NCBI GenBank assembly: GCA_014905635.1
Contig: JABVCE010000002.1
Location: 1,736,001 to 1,800,000, forward strand
Length of the DNA: 64,000 nt
Reading direction: 5' to 3'
From: Scenedesmus sp. PABB004
Lineage: Eukaryota
Notes under the pieces: generated by a model
The model's input: only the letters and a program-made list of their open reading frames with translations
What the model was told of the DNA's origin: nothing
The model's database searches: none
Position numbers and translations under genes: made by a program
Shown: piece by piece, positions 26,259 to 43,337 of the stretch
Numbering within the stretch: position 1 is the first letter of the stretch
How the letters are laid out: each line of letters starts with the position of its first letter

Positions 26259-26933
26259 ATGCAGGCGCAGCGGGCGGTCCAGCGGGGGCAGGCCTTCGGC
26301 GCCGGCGGCCCGCCGCGGCCGCGGTGCGCGCGCACGGCAGCGGCCGCTGCGCTGGCGCCCGGCGCCCGCGCCGCCGCCGCCCACGCCGCGCCCGCCGCGC
26401 CGCAGGGCCCGACCACCGGCCGCGCCGGCGCCAATATGGTTGCCCACGCCGCGGGCGGCGTGGAGAACCCGAGCCGGCGGGAGCTGCTTGGGGGCGGGCT
26501 CGGCCTGGCCGGCGGCGCGGCGGCGGGCCTGCTGCTGGCCGCGCCGGCCGCGCGCGCCGAGCTGGACAAGATCCAGCCCATGGAGGCGCTCAAGGGCAAG
26601 GACTACGGCAAGCCGCGCATGACGTGCGGCGCAGGGCGCGGCGCGGTCGCAGGCCCAGTTGATCGAACGGCGCCGCCGCGCCGGCTCGGCTCGCCCGCCG
26701 CCGCTGGCTCACCTGCGGCCGCCGCCGCCACCCGCCCGCCCTGCCCGGCCCCGGCAGCTACCCTGACTTCACCACCACGCCGAGCGGGCTGCAGTTCAAA
26801 GACTTCAAGGAGGGCGCCGGCCCGCCGCCGGCGCGCGGCGACACGGTCGTCGTCGACTGGTCGGGCTACACCATCGGATACTACGGCCGCCCCTTTGAGG
26901 CGCGCAACAAGGTGCGCGCGCCCGCGCCGGCGC

Positions 26934-26967
<34 letters not shown>

Positions 26968-27653
26968 GCGGCGGCGGCGGCGGCGGCGCTGCGCAGCGGC
27001 ACGGCGCGCGCGGCGCTCCGCCCGCGGCGTGCGCGCGCGCGACGAGCCGCCCACGCCTCCCCCGCCGCCCGCGCCGCCCGCGCCTCCCCCGCCGCCGCGT
27101 GCAGGCCAAGGGCGGCAGCTTCACCGGCGACGACAAGGACTTCCTGCGCTTCACGCTCGGCGACGGCAGCGTCATCCCCGCGTTTGAGGAGGCGGTCGAG
27201 ACGATGCGGGTGCGGCGGCGCCGGCTACGCGTGCGGCGGCGCGGGCCCCAGGCGCTGCGACGCGTGACGGCGGCGGGCCCCCTAAACGCAGCGCCGGCCG
27301 CCGGCTGGCTGGCTGGCGCCGCGCGCGCAGGTCGGCGGCATCCGGCGCATCATCGTGCCCGTCGAGCTGGGCTATCCGGGCAACGACTACAAGCGCCAGG
27401 GCCCCCGCCCGACCACCTTTTCGGTGCGCGCGCGCCCCCCGCGCCCCGCGCCCCGCGCCCGCCGGCCGCCGCGCGCCCGCCCCCGCGCGGCGCGCGGCCC
27501 CCTTCACCGCCGCTCCTGGCGCGCCCGCCGCCGAAACCGCCGCGGCGCGCCCAGGGAGAGCGCGCGCTGGGGTTTGTGCTGGGCAACCAGGGCATGATCG
27601 ACAAGACGCTGCTCTTTGACATCGAGGTCGTGCGGATAGACAAGGCCAGCTAG
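26259..27653 (+). CDS. FKBP19: Thylakoid lumen FKBP-type peptidyl-prolyl isomerase (FKBP19-like), 4 introns
   Basis: Bipartite transit peptide with SRRELL...ARA, LKGKDYGKPRMTYPDFTTTPSGLQFKD, VDWSGYTIGYYGRPFEARNK, GMIDKTLLFDIE. TGTAA at 27755. Confidence 0.92.
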
Positions 27654-28093
27654 GCGCCTTGCCCGCGCCGCGGCGTGCTGAGCCGCGGCTGGCCCCTCCC
27701 TTTGGGCGCGCGCACGGACGGACGCGGGGCGGCGGCGGGCACAGCGGCGTCGCCTGTAACAAAACGCCCCTCGGCGCGCTGGAAGAATGAATGAGTGAGG
27801 GGGCGCCAGCCCGGGCCAGCGACTGGGGCACCAGCCCGATGCTTCTGCACGCCGCGGCGCGCGCGGACGAATGACCCCGCACGCCGCCGGCGGTCCATAA
27901 CTACCTAGTGCGTCCCACAGCCTCTGCCTCTGCCTCTCCTGCGCCACGCCGCAGCTGCCTCACCACCACCCGCGTGTCGCCTGGCCTGCCGCCTGCCCCG
28001 CCCCTGCGCGCCTCGTACGCTGCACCATCGCTCCCCGCCCGCTCGAGCACGCATCCTGCTGCTGACACGCCCGACCTGCCGCCGTCTGCAGCC

Positions 28094-31727
<3,634 letters not shown>

Positions 31728-32026
31728 GGCGTCGGCCGCGCAGGGACGCGCCCGGACGCACTCCCGACGGGCGGGCGGCCGGCGGGGGCGCGCGACTTGG
31801 GGCGGGGGCGCGCAGGACCGGTCGCGACTCCGCCAAACCCGCGAACCCGCGTCTTGCGCGCAGCTGCCCGGCGCTGGCCGACAGGAGCACCAGAAGACCA
31901 TGCGCGACCGGCACGGCGAGTACCGCGGGCCCCCAGCGCCTCCAGCGCCTCCAGCGCCCCCAGCACCGCGCGCGAGGCACGGCAGCGCATTTGACCCGCG
32001 TTGAACGGCCGCCGCCGCCCCCGCCG

Positions 32027-33487
32027 TCACCGGCGCAGCAGGCCCAGCGCCACCAGCTGCGCGTACAGCTCGTCCGCCGCCGACGGCGCCGCCGCTGCGG
32101 ACGGCGGCGCGGCGCCGGCGCCGCTGCTGCTGCCGCGGCTGCCGCTGCTGCTGGCGGCAGCGGCCCCGCGCGCCGCCGCCGCCGCCGCCTGCTCCAGCGC
32201 GGCGAGCGCGGCGGCGTGGAAGGGCGCCATCTCCTCGGGGCGCAGGTAGTGCTGCACGATGGTCCCCGGCTTGAAGATTGGTATTCCTCGGTACGGCCGC
32301 ACGCGCTCGTCGTGCACCGGCGACACCGGCCCGCCCGGCGCGACGCACGCGGCCGCGCCGCACAGGTGGATGCCAAACGGCGGGTCCTGCCAGCGGCGGG
32401 CGGGGCGCGCCGGCGGGGGCGAGGGCGCGCGCTGGGCCTCGCCCGCGGCGGCGGCCGGGGCGGGGGCGGCCGGGGCGCGGGGCGCCGGGGCCGCGCACGC
32501 GCGCCGCACCAGGAGGCGGTAGTCTGGCAGCGGCTGCGCAAGCAGCGCGCGCGCGAGGTCGCGCGACAGCACGAAGCCGCAGCCCGAGGCAAACGGCGGG
32601 TAGGCGTCGTCGGGGTACTGCTCGACCGGCATGTGCGACTTGTTGGCGGGGTCGCGGATCGGCGCCGTCACGCGACGCCCCGTGCCGTCCCAGATGTAGC
32701 CCCAATAGAGGCGCGCGCGCGGGCTGGCCGCCTGCCGCGGCGGTGCCGCGCGCAGGGCGGCGTGGCCGCGCGCATGGGCGGCGCGGCGCGGGGGCGCGGC
32801 CGGCGCGGCAGGACCCCCGAGACCTCGGCAGCCGCTCGGCCGTGCGTCGCCGCACCAGCAGCGGCAGCAGCAGGTCGAGGCGCACGTACGAGTCGTCGTC
32901 AGCGTGCATGTAGTAGGCGTAGCCCGGCCACCGCTGCTCCGCGGCCGCGAGGCTCACCAGCGCCTGCGCGGCGTGGGCGGCGGTGGGCGGCGCGGCGCCG
33001 GCGCGTGCCGCCGCCGGACGCGCCGCGCGCGCGCCTTGCGCCACAGGTTGGCGTAGCCCTCCGGCACGTCCAGGAGCATCAGGTCGCCGTGCTCCGCCTG
33101 CGGGCGCGGGGCGGCGCGGTCGGCGGCCGCGGGCGCGCCGGCACACAGCGCGCTCCGCGCGCGCGCGCGCCTGCTCTGCGTCCAGCGCCGCGTCGCCGCG
33201 CGACAGCACGAAGCGTATCTCGACGCTGGCTCGCTGCTCCGGCGTCAGCCAGGGCCCGGGCGCGGTCTTGAAGGTGAACCAGCTGCGCGAGCAGCGGCGC
33301 GGCGTGGTGCGCGGCGCGAGCCCGCGGCGGCCGACCAGCGGCCGCCAGCGCGGGCGATCACGATCTACCTGCGCCGGAGCGACCTCCGGCGGTCGGCGTT
33401 GCCGACCGCGCTCGAGACGAGCAGCACGAGCAGCGGCGCGCCGTTGCTGCCGTCGGGCGCCGCGGTGGGCTGGGGCGGCGACGCCAT
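32027..33487 (-). CDS. Glycosyltransferase family 31 (beta-1,3-galactosyltransferase-like)
   Basis: [74 protein letters not shown]. Start codon uncertain. Confidence 0.85.
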
Positions 33488-33848
33488 GAGCGCGGCGGGC
33501 TGTGCGGCAGCCCCGAGCGAGACGGCTGCGCTCGGTCGGCGTGGCGGCTCCAGCGGCGCGCGACTGGACGGGCGGGCTTCGCACGGCTGCTCGTGCAGGC
33601 GCTGCCGTGGCACTGCTGCTCAGCCGGGGCGGTGCGCTCGTCGGCAGTGCAACCACGCGCTGCAGCGGCGTCACCCATCCGCCGTGCGCGGCGCCCGCCG
33701 TCGTCGCCGACCCAGGGCCCGGCACGCTAAAACGCGGCTGCTCGCCACCGCCGGCGACCGCGGGCGGCTGGCCGCAGTCAACAAGACACGCAGGCCGGCG
33801 CCGCGCGCGCTCCCCCGCCCGCCCCGCCCCAGTGCCGCCGCGGTGCGC

Positions 33849-35883
<2,035 letters not shown>

Positions 35884-36135
35884 GGCCGCGGCGCGCCCAC
35901 ACCTGCCTGCCGGGGACTCGCTGCCTCAGTCGCCGCTGCTCACGGCCGTCGCGGGGGCGCCTGCGGCCCGCGGGAGGGCGCGGGGCCCGTGCGGGCGGTC
36001 GCGGCGCCTGCTGCGGCCTCCGGCGCCCTGGCGGCGAGCCTCCGAGCTGCTCTTCGTCGAAACCGGTCGCCCGGGCGTGCTGGCGCGCTGCTGCGGTGGC
36101 GCGGCGCGGCGCGGACGGGGCAGAGGCGCTCCGCA

Positions 36136-36794
36136 GGCCCGGGCGCGGTCGGCGGTGCGTGTCTGCGCGCGCGGGGACGGCTCTCGGCCGCTAGGCTGCG
36201 CCTGCGGGCGGCCGCGCGGCGCCGGGCGCGGGCGCGCCTCGCCCCGAATTTGTACGCGCGGGTTCAGCGCACGCCGGCCTCGGCGCGCGCGCCTGGCGGG
36301 CCGGCCGGCGGGGAGAGCGAGAGCGTCGCACGCGCCCTCTGCTCGCGCAGCCGGCCGGGCGGTGGCTGAGCGGGGGGCCCTCGGCGGCGGCGCGCCCGCA
36401 GCCGGCCGGCCGTGGCCGCTGGCCGGCGCCTGCCCCCGCGGCGCGCGGCGGCGGCGGCGCCGGGCCCGGCAGCAGCACAGCGGCAGCGCGCTGGGCTGCA
36501 CCGGCGGCGGCTCGGCCGCGCGCACGGCCCGCCGGCGCGCGGCGCGGCTGCTCGGCCCGACCTGGGCGGCGCGGGGCCGCCGGCGCCGTGGACGGCCAGC
36601 TGCTGCTCTCCCTGCTGCCAGCAGGGCCGGGGCCAGGGCGCGCCTTGCACCGCGCCGCCGCGTCCGAGCGTGCCGGACTGGCAGACGCTGTGTGTCCACG
36701 GCGGCGGCGGGGTTGGGCGTCCCGCCAAAGGAGGGGGCAGCCCGGCGGGCGCCTCGGTTGTGACTGTCACATCAGGATCAGAGGCGCCGCTGCT
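36136..36794 (+). repeat. Left arm of a 659-bp inverted repeat (partner 39048-39706)
   Basis: Reverse complement of 39048-39706 with about 7 substitutions counted by eye. Confidence 0.95.
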
Positions 36795-37336
36795 GCGATG
36801 CGTTCGGCGCGGTGTTACCCGCGCCGCGCCGCCGGCGCCTCAAAATCTGCGCGCGCACTGCAGCCGCCCGTCGCCGCGAGCGCGAACGGTCGCTGCCGCG
36901 CGGCGGCGCGCGAGCTGGGCGCGCAGGCAGGCGCGCTCCATGCTCCATGGCCCACCGGGCCTCTCTGCCCGCGGTGGCCTCGCTCCTCCTCCGCCGGCCG
37001 CGGCCCGCGCGCGCGCGGGCTGCTGAGGCTCTCGCCGTCGGGAGCAGCAGCCCCGGCGCGCGGCGGCCGCGCCCGCGACCCCACCCCCGGGCCGCGCTCG
37101 CTGCGGGCGCGCGGCGTGCGACGCGCGCGGGCATATGCCGCGGGCGCCGCGCGCGCGCCGCCCGCGCCCGCAGCGCGCGGCCCGCTCCTCAAACAATCAC
37201 ACGCGGGTGCACGGCTGCGCGGCAGCCATCGGCACCACTCGCACACACGACCCGCTGACTAGCCGCGGCGGCGCGCGCTGGCCTGCGCTGCGCCGGCCGC
37301 CCCCGGGGCCGCCCGGGCGCCGCTGCTGCGGCGTGC

Positions 37337-38951
37337 TCACAGCACGTTGGAGATGACGGTGTCGAGGTTGGCCTTGGCCACGTTGAGCTTGGCCAGCGCC
37401 GACTCCTTGTCCTTCTTGCGCAGCGCGAGGTCGAGGTCCTCAACCTGCGCGGCGGCGGGGCGGCGCGGTCGGCCGCGGGCGCCGCGCGCGCCGGCAGCGG
37501 GCGGCGAAGGACGAGAGAGAAAGAGAGGGGGAGGGGCGCCGCGCGCGCAGCAGGGCCCCGCACGCAGCGGGGCGAGGGGGCGGCACTCACGGCGCGGATG
37601 AAGTCCTTGCGCAGCGCGAGGGCCTTCTTCTTCTCCTCCTTGCCGGTCTTGGCGCTCGCGAGCGAGTTGAGGTCGAAGCGCAGCGTGCCCACCTGGCGGC
37701 GCAGCTCCTCGCGGGCCTCGGTCCTGCGCGCGGCGCGGGCGCGCAGCGTGTGAGCGCGCGGTGTGTGAGCGCGCGGCGCGGCCGGCGGCCCGGGCGCGGC
37801 GGCTGCGCCGCGGCCGCACCAGTAGGCCTTCTCGATGCTGGGCGACAGGGCGTTGTCGATGCGCGCCTCGCTCTCCTTCACGCGCTTCTTGGTCAGGTCC
37901 AGGTTGGTGCGCGCCTGCGCGCGGCGGGGCGGCGCCCGCGCCGCGCGCGTGCCGGGTCGGCCGCCGCGCACGCCGCACGGCGCGCGCGCCCTCGAGAGCT
38001 CGCGCCGCGCCCCGCCGCCGCTGCGCCCCGCCGCCGCTGCGCCCGCCGAGGCGCACCTGGGTGAGGCCGTCACGCACGGCCTGGTCGAGGTCGAGGTCGC
38101 GGGCCTCATAGATGATGTCAAAGCCGGCCTGGCGGGCCTTGCGGTCGTCAAAGAGGTCCACCGGCGTCACCGCCTGGGCGCTGCCCACGGCCAGCAGCGA
38201 CGCGCCGGCGGCCGCGAAGCCGGCCAGCACCTGGGCAGGGGCGGGCGCGGGGCGGGCGGGGCGGGCGCGGCGGGGTGGGCCGGGGCGCACGCGCGCGCGC
38301 GCGCGCGGGGGGCAGCGGCAGGCCTCCCGCCCCCCGCGCATGCGGTGGGGCCCCGGGCAGGCCGCGGCCGCGGCGATCGCGCGCCCGCAGCAGACGGCGC
38401 CCGCCGCGCGCCCCCGGCTGGCAAGGGCACCGCCGCTGCGCTGCGGCACAGCGCTGCAACCGCTGCCGCAGCTGCCGCTGCTGCGCGCCCGGGCCGCGCG
38501 CTGCAGCGCACCTCGCGGCGGGCCTCAGCGCGCACGACCACGGCGCTCCTGCGGGTCGGGGCGGGCGGCCGCGTCAGCGGCGGGGCGCGGCGCGCCGCTG
38601 TGGTTGTGGGACGAGCGCGGCGGCGGCGCCGCGCCGCGCGCCGTCCGCTGCTCCGGCGCGCGGCGATCGGAGTGGCCCTCCGCGCGCCGCTCCAGCGCGC
38701 CGTCGACGCTTCACCTGGAGGGGCGAGCTGCGGGGCGGCGCGGGGCGACCGGTCAGGCGGCGCTCGCGCGCGGCAGGGCGGGGCCGCGCGCATCGCCCCG
38801 TGCGCACCTGCCCGGACGGCGGAGCGCGTAGCGACGCTGGTCCTGCGTGTGGCGGCGGGGCGGGCGTCAGATCCGAGGGCCTCCGGCAGGCGGGGCGGTC
38901 CCGTCGCGACGGCATTGGCGCGCCAGCGCACCTCATCTGGATGGCGGCCAT
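37337..38951 (-). CDS. PSBQ: Photosystem II oxygen-evolving enhancer protein 3 (PsbQ/OEE3)
   Basis: Transit peptide [31 protein letters not shown]; mature [11 protein letters not shown]...[12 protein letters not shown]...[24 protein letters not shown]...[12 protein letters not shown]. Confidence 0.96.
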
Positions 38952-39047
38952 TGTGCGGGCTGGGCGGGGCTGCGGAGGTGCCGGGGAGGTGCGGGCTGCG
39001 GCTGGGCGGCGTCTGGGGGGCGGGCGCGGTCGCCTGTGCAGCGCACG

Positions 39048-39706
39048 AGCAGCGGCGCCTCTGATCCTGATGTGACAGTCACAACTGAGGCGCCCGCCGG
39101 GCTGCCCCCGCCTTTGGCGGGACGCCTAACCCCGCCGCCGCCGTGGACACACAGCGTCTGCCAGTCCGGCACGCTCGGACGCGGCGGCGCGGTGCAAGGC
39201 GCGCCCTGGCCCCGGCCCTGCTGGCAGCAGGGAGAGCAGCAGCTGGCCGTCCACGGCGCCGGCGGCCCCGCTCCGCCCAGGTCGGGCCGAGCAGCCGCGC
39301 CGCGCGCCGGCGGGCCGTGCGCGCGGCCGAGCCGCCGCCGGTGCAGCCCAGCGCGCTGCCGCTGTGCTGCTGCCGGGCCCGGCGCCGCCGCCGCCGCGCG
39401 CCGCGGGGGCAGGCGCCGGCCAGCGGCCACGGCCGGCCGGCTGCGGGCGCGCCGCCGCCGCGGGCCCCCCGCTCAGCCACCGCCCGGCCGGCTGCGCGAG
39501 CAGAGCGCGCGTGCGACGCTCTCGCTCTCCCCGCCGGCCGGCCCGCCAGGCGCGCGCGCCGAGGCCGGCGTGCGCTGAACCCGCGCGTACAAATTCGGGG
39601 CGAGGCGCGCCCGCGCCCGGCGCCGCGCGGCCGCCCGCAGGCGCAGCCTAGCGGCCGAGAGCCGTCCCCGCGCGCGCAGACACGCACCGCCGACCGCACC
39701 CGGGCC
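39048..39706 (-). repeat. Right arm of the 659-bp inverted repeat (partner 36136-36794), directly upstream of psbQ
   Basis: Begins agcagcggcgcctctgatcctgatgtgacagtcaca and ends cacgcaccgccgaccgcacccgggcc. Confidence 0.95.
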
Positions 39707-39818
39707 GCCGGTCGGTTGCCTCGGGAAGCACACACACCCGCGCCTCGAGAAGCGCACCCGCGCGGCCAGGCAACTGCCTCAGCTCCCTCTCTCACGCACA
39801 CACGCACACACGCTGCAA

Positions 39819-39844
39819 ACACACACACACACACACACACACAC
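39819..39844. repeat. (AC)n microsatellite in the P450 3' region
   Basis: About 13 perfect AC units. Confidence 0.9.
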
Positions 39845-39911
39845 GCGCGGTCAGACCAGATCAAACGCTGCCTGGTGGTACACACGCCCTGCACTCGCGC
39901 GCGCGCGCGCC

Positions 39912-42900
39912 TCACGCCGCCGCGAGGCGCGTGACCACGAGCGGCAGCCCGTTCTTGGGCACCTTGCCGACGCCCTGCACCCACTCGGTGTCGTTGTCGG
40001 CGGTGAACGCGTAGCGCCGCGCGAGGACGGCGAGCAGAACCTTCATCTCAGCCATGGCCAGCGGCGCGCCGACGCAGTACCTGGCAGCGCGGGCGCGGCA
40101 GCGGGGTTTCGGGTTTAGGGTTGAGGTGAGGCGCGCGCAGCGCGGGGCGGCGCGCGGCGTCGGGCGCGGGCCCGCGGCCAGCCCGCGCCGCGCCGCGCGC
40201 GCGCGCCGCACCGCGGCCCCACGCCGAAGGGCATCTGCGCGCCCGGGCGCTGCCCCTCGTCGGTGAGCATGCGGTCGGGGTTGAACGCGGCGGGGTCGAG
40301 CGCGCTGCCCGGCGCCGCGCCCGCCCAGCGCTCGTCGTGCGTGGCGAGGTAGTGGAACGGCGCCAGCAGCGGCGTGTCCTGCCGGCCGCGGGCGGGCGGC
40401 GCGGAGGGGGCGCGCGTGGGCGCGGAGCGCCCGGGCGCGCAGCGCGCGGAGGGCGCGGCAGCGAGCGGCGCGGGCGCGCGGCGCGGCGGCGGGCGCGGGG
40501 CGCGTGCGGATCCCGCGCGCGCGGCGCGCACCTTTGGGATGCGGTAGCCTCCCAGCTCGAAGTCGCGCGCCGCGACGCGGAAGAGCCCCGCCACGACCGG
40601 CTCGCTCCGCAGCGTCTCCCTGGCGGGCGGGCGGGCGGGCGGCGCGGCGCGGGCGGGCGGGCGGGCGGGCGGCGGGGGCGGGCGGCGCGGGCGGGCGCGC
40701 GGCGGGCGGGCGGGCGGGCGGGCGGGCGGGCGGGCGGCGGCGGCGCGGGGGCGGCGGGCGGGCGGGCGGCGGGCGGGCGGGCGGGCGGGCGGGCGTCAGC
40801 CGGCGCGGGGGCGTGGGCCGGCGCCGCGCGGGGCGCGCGCGCGCGCGCGCGCGCGTGAGCGCGCCGCGCGGCCCAGCGCAACGCGACACGCACCGGATGA
40901 CCGCGTCGGCGTACTCCATGTCGCGCAGCGCCGCCGAGGTGATGGCCTCGCCGTGCGCCGCGACCACGGCGGCCTGCTCCTCGCGCAGGCGCGCCACGAC
41001 GGCCGGGTTGTCCTGCAGCTTGCTCAGGCAGCTCGTGAGCGTGGTGCTGCTGGTGTCGTGCCTGCGCGGGCGGGCCGGGCGCGGGGGCGTGGGGCGTGGG
41101 CGCGGGGGCGCGGGGGCGCGGGGCGCGTCGGCGGCGGCCGGCGCAGCAGCGTGCGGGCGCGCGCGGCGCGGGCCGCCGCGCCGCGCGCCGCGCGCGCACC
41201 CGGCGAGCAGGAGCAGCAGCACGTTCTGGCTGATCTGCTCGTCGGTGAGCGTGTTGCCGTCCTCGTCGACCGCAGCAATGAGGTTGCCGAGCACGCCCGG
41301 CACGCGCTCGCCGTCCGCGTGGCGCGCGCGCGCGGCGGCCGCCGCGGCGGTGAACTGGGCGAGCATCTCGCGCTTGGCCGCCATCGCGTTGCCAAAGGGC
41401 GTGAAGGGGATGTCGATGAAGGGCCTGCGGGCGCGGCGTGGGCGCGGCGCGGGCGCGGCGTGGGCGCGGCGCGGGCGCGGCGTGGGCGCGGCGTGGGCGT
41501 GAGCTGGGAAGACGCGGCGTGGGCGTGGGCACGGCGCGGGAGGGTGCGGGCGGGCGCGGCGCGGCGCGGCGCCAGTGCGCGGCGCGGCCTGGTGACCTAC
41601 CAGGCGAGGAAGCCGACGATCCAGCGGGCATAGAGGGCGCTGAGCGTGAGGATCTCGTCACGCGGGAAGTCGCGGCCAAAAGTGATTGACAGAATGAACT
41701 GCGCGGCGGGCGGGCGGGCGGCGCGTCGGGCGGGGTGTTGGGCGGGCGGGCGCGGCGCGCAGGCGCGGGGCAGGGCGAGCAGAGCAGGGCGCGCGCGGGA
41801 GGCACGAGGCGCGCCCGTCGCCGCCGCCGCGGCGGGGCCGCGCACCTCGACGGTGAGCAGCTTGAGCCGGTCGTACGCCTTGACGCCGGCGGGGCCCGCG
41901 GCCTCCCACTCGGCGACGTGGCGCGACACGAGCGCCTGGATGGCGGGCAGGTACTCCGCGACGGCCTCCTTGGTGAACGCTGCGGCGCGGACGGGCGCGG
42001 CGCGGCGCGGGCGCGGGCGCGGTGGCGTGGGCCCGCCGGTCGAGCTGGCGGCGCGGGCGGCGCGGCGCGGCGCGGCGGGCGGCGGCGGCGGAGCAGCGCG
42101 GCGTGGTGCGCACCCGGCTGGATGAGGCCGCGCAGGTAGCGGTGCTGCGGGTCCTGCACGCTGATGAGGCTCTGGTCGCCGAGCATGTTGACTGCGCGGC
42201 GGCGGCGGCGGCGGCGGGCTCGGCGCGGGCCCGGCGCGGGGCCGGCAGCCCCCGGCGGCCGCGGCCGCGGCCGCGGCGCGGCTCGACCGGGCGCGCGCGC
42301 GCGCGCCGCACCAAAGCCGGGCAGCTGCGCCTGGCGCGTCAGGCCGCTCGCCTCGCCGTTGAACACCTCCTTGACCAGCTCGGGTGAGCCTGCGGCGCCG
42401 GCGGCCGGCGGCGGCACGGGCGCGTCGCGGCGCGGCCCGAGCGGCGGGGCTGGCCCGCCTCGCGCCAGCCGGCGCGGCCCTGCGGCGCTCCCGCACGCGG
42501 GGCGCTGCCGCGCGCGTGCGGAGCGCGTGTGCACGCGTCCACCGCCGCGCACCGGGCATGTAGAAGCCGGTGAAGCCGGGCGCCTTGGGGACCTGCACCA
42601 CCCGCTCCCCCGGCGGCAGGTCGGCCAGCAGCCTGCGCTGGAAGGCCTGGGGGTTGAAGATTTGGTCGAAGCGCGTCCAGAACGGCGGCCGGCGCATCGG
42701 CGGCTCCGCGAGCGCTGCGAGGAAGGGGCACGCGCCGGCGGCGCCGCTCGGCGCCGCGGCGGCGTCCGCGGCGGCGGCCGCCTGCTGCTGCTCCTGCTCC
42801 TGCACCGGCGGGCTGGCCACGCGCGGCCGGTCGGTGGCGAGCTCCGCGCGCACTGCGGCGGCGGCGGGCGGCGAGCCATCGCACGCAGTGGCGGCAGGTG

Positions 42901-43083
42901 CCGCGCCGCGCGCCGGCGGCCGGGCCTGGGCGGCAGCTGCTGGGACAGCTCCCAAGCTCCCGCCCCACCTGCTACCCGCCGCGCCCGCCTCCTGGGGGCC
43001 GCGCCAGGCTGGTGGCTCTGGCACGCCCCTGCTGCTCCGTCGCGCCCCGCGCGCGCGCCGGCGCGCGGCCGCGCGTGCAGCAT
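39912..43083 (-). CDS. Cytochrome P450 (CYP85-clan/CYP120-like), probably plastid-targeted
   Basis: I-helix LLLAGHDTS, ETLR, AFNPDR, heme loop PFGVGPRYCVG. Exon 1 splices to give ...RRVAVRAELATD. Confidence 0.9.
40622..40795. repeat. Intronic (GGCG)n low-complexity tract
   Basis: About 170 bp of almost pure G/C with repeating ggcg units inside a P450 intron. Confidence 0.85.
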
Positions 43084-43337
43084 GGTGGCGATGAACCGTG
43101 CGTGTGTGCGACCGGCTGGGGCTGCTGCGGCGCCTGTGTGCGGCTGACCGACGGCACACGCGAGTGCCTCGTAAAGGTCGCGTGTGGGCTGCCGGGCGAC
43201 GCCGGGGGGCCGCGAGGCGACTGGGACGCACGGGACTGAGTGAAACTGCGGCCCGCAGGCGGCGGAGGGCGTGCGCGCAGCGCGGCGGCGGGCCGGGTTT
43301 TTTGCCGTGCGACGCAGCGCCGCCCCGCTCAGCGGCC

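Noticed and set aside
35926..36699. 257-aa and 263-aa ORFs inside the repeat arms as a duplicated gene
   Set aside because: Low-complexity translations with non-ATG starts, no splice or poly(A) support and no motif.
39048..39200. Structured ncRNA in the repeat arm
   Set aside because: Only short GC hairpins expected by chance; no tRNA, snRNA or SRP signature recognised.
36136..39706. Autonomous DNA transposon
   Set aside because: No transposase ORF, no target-site duplication in the flanks (…gctccgca / gccggtcg…) and no recognisable terminal motif. Kept only as an inverted duplication.
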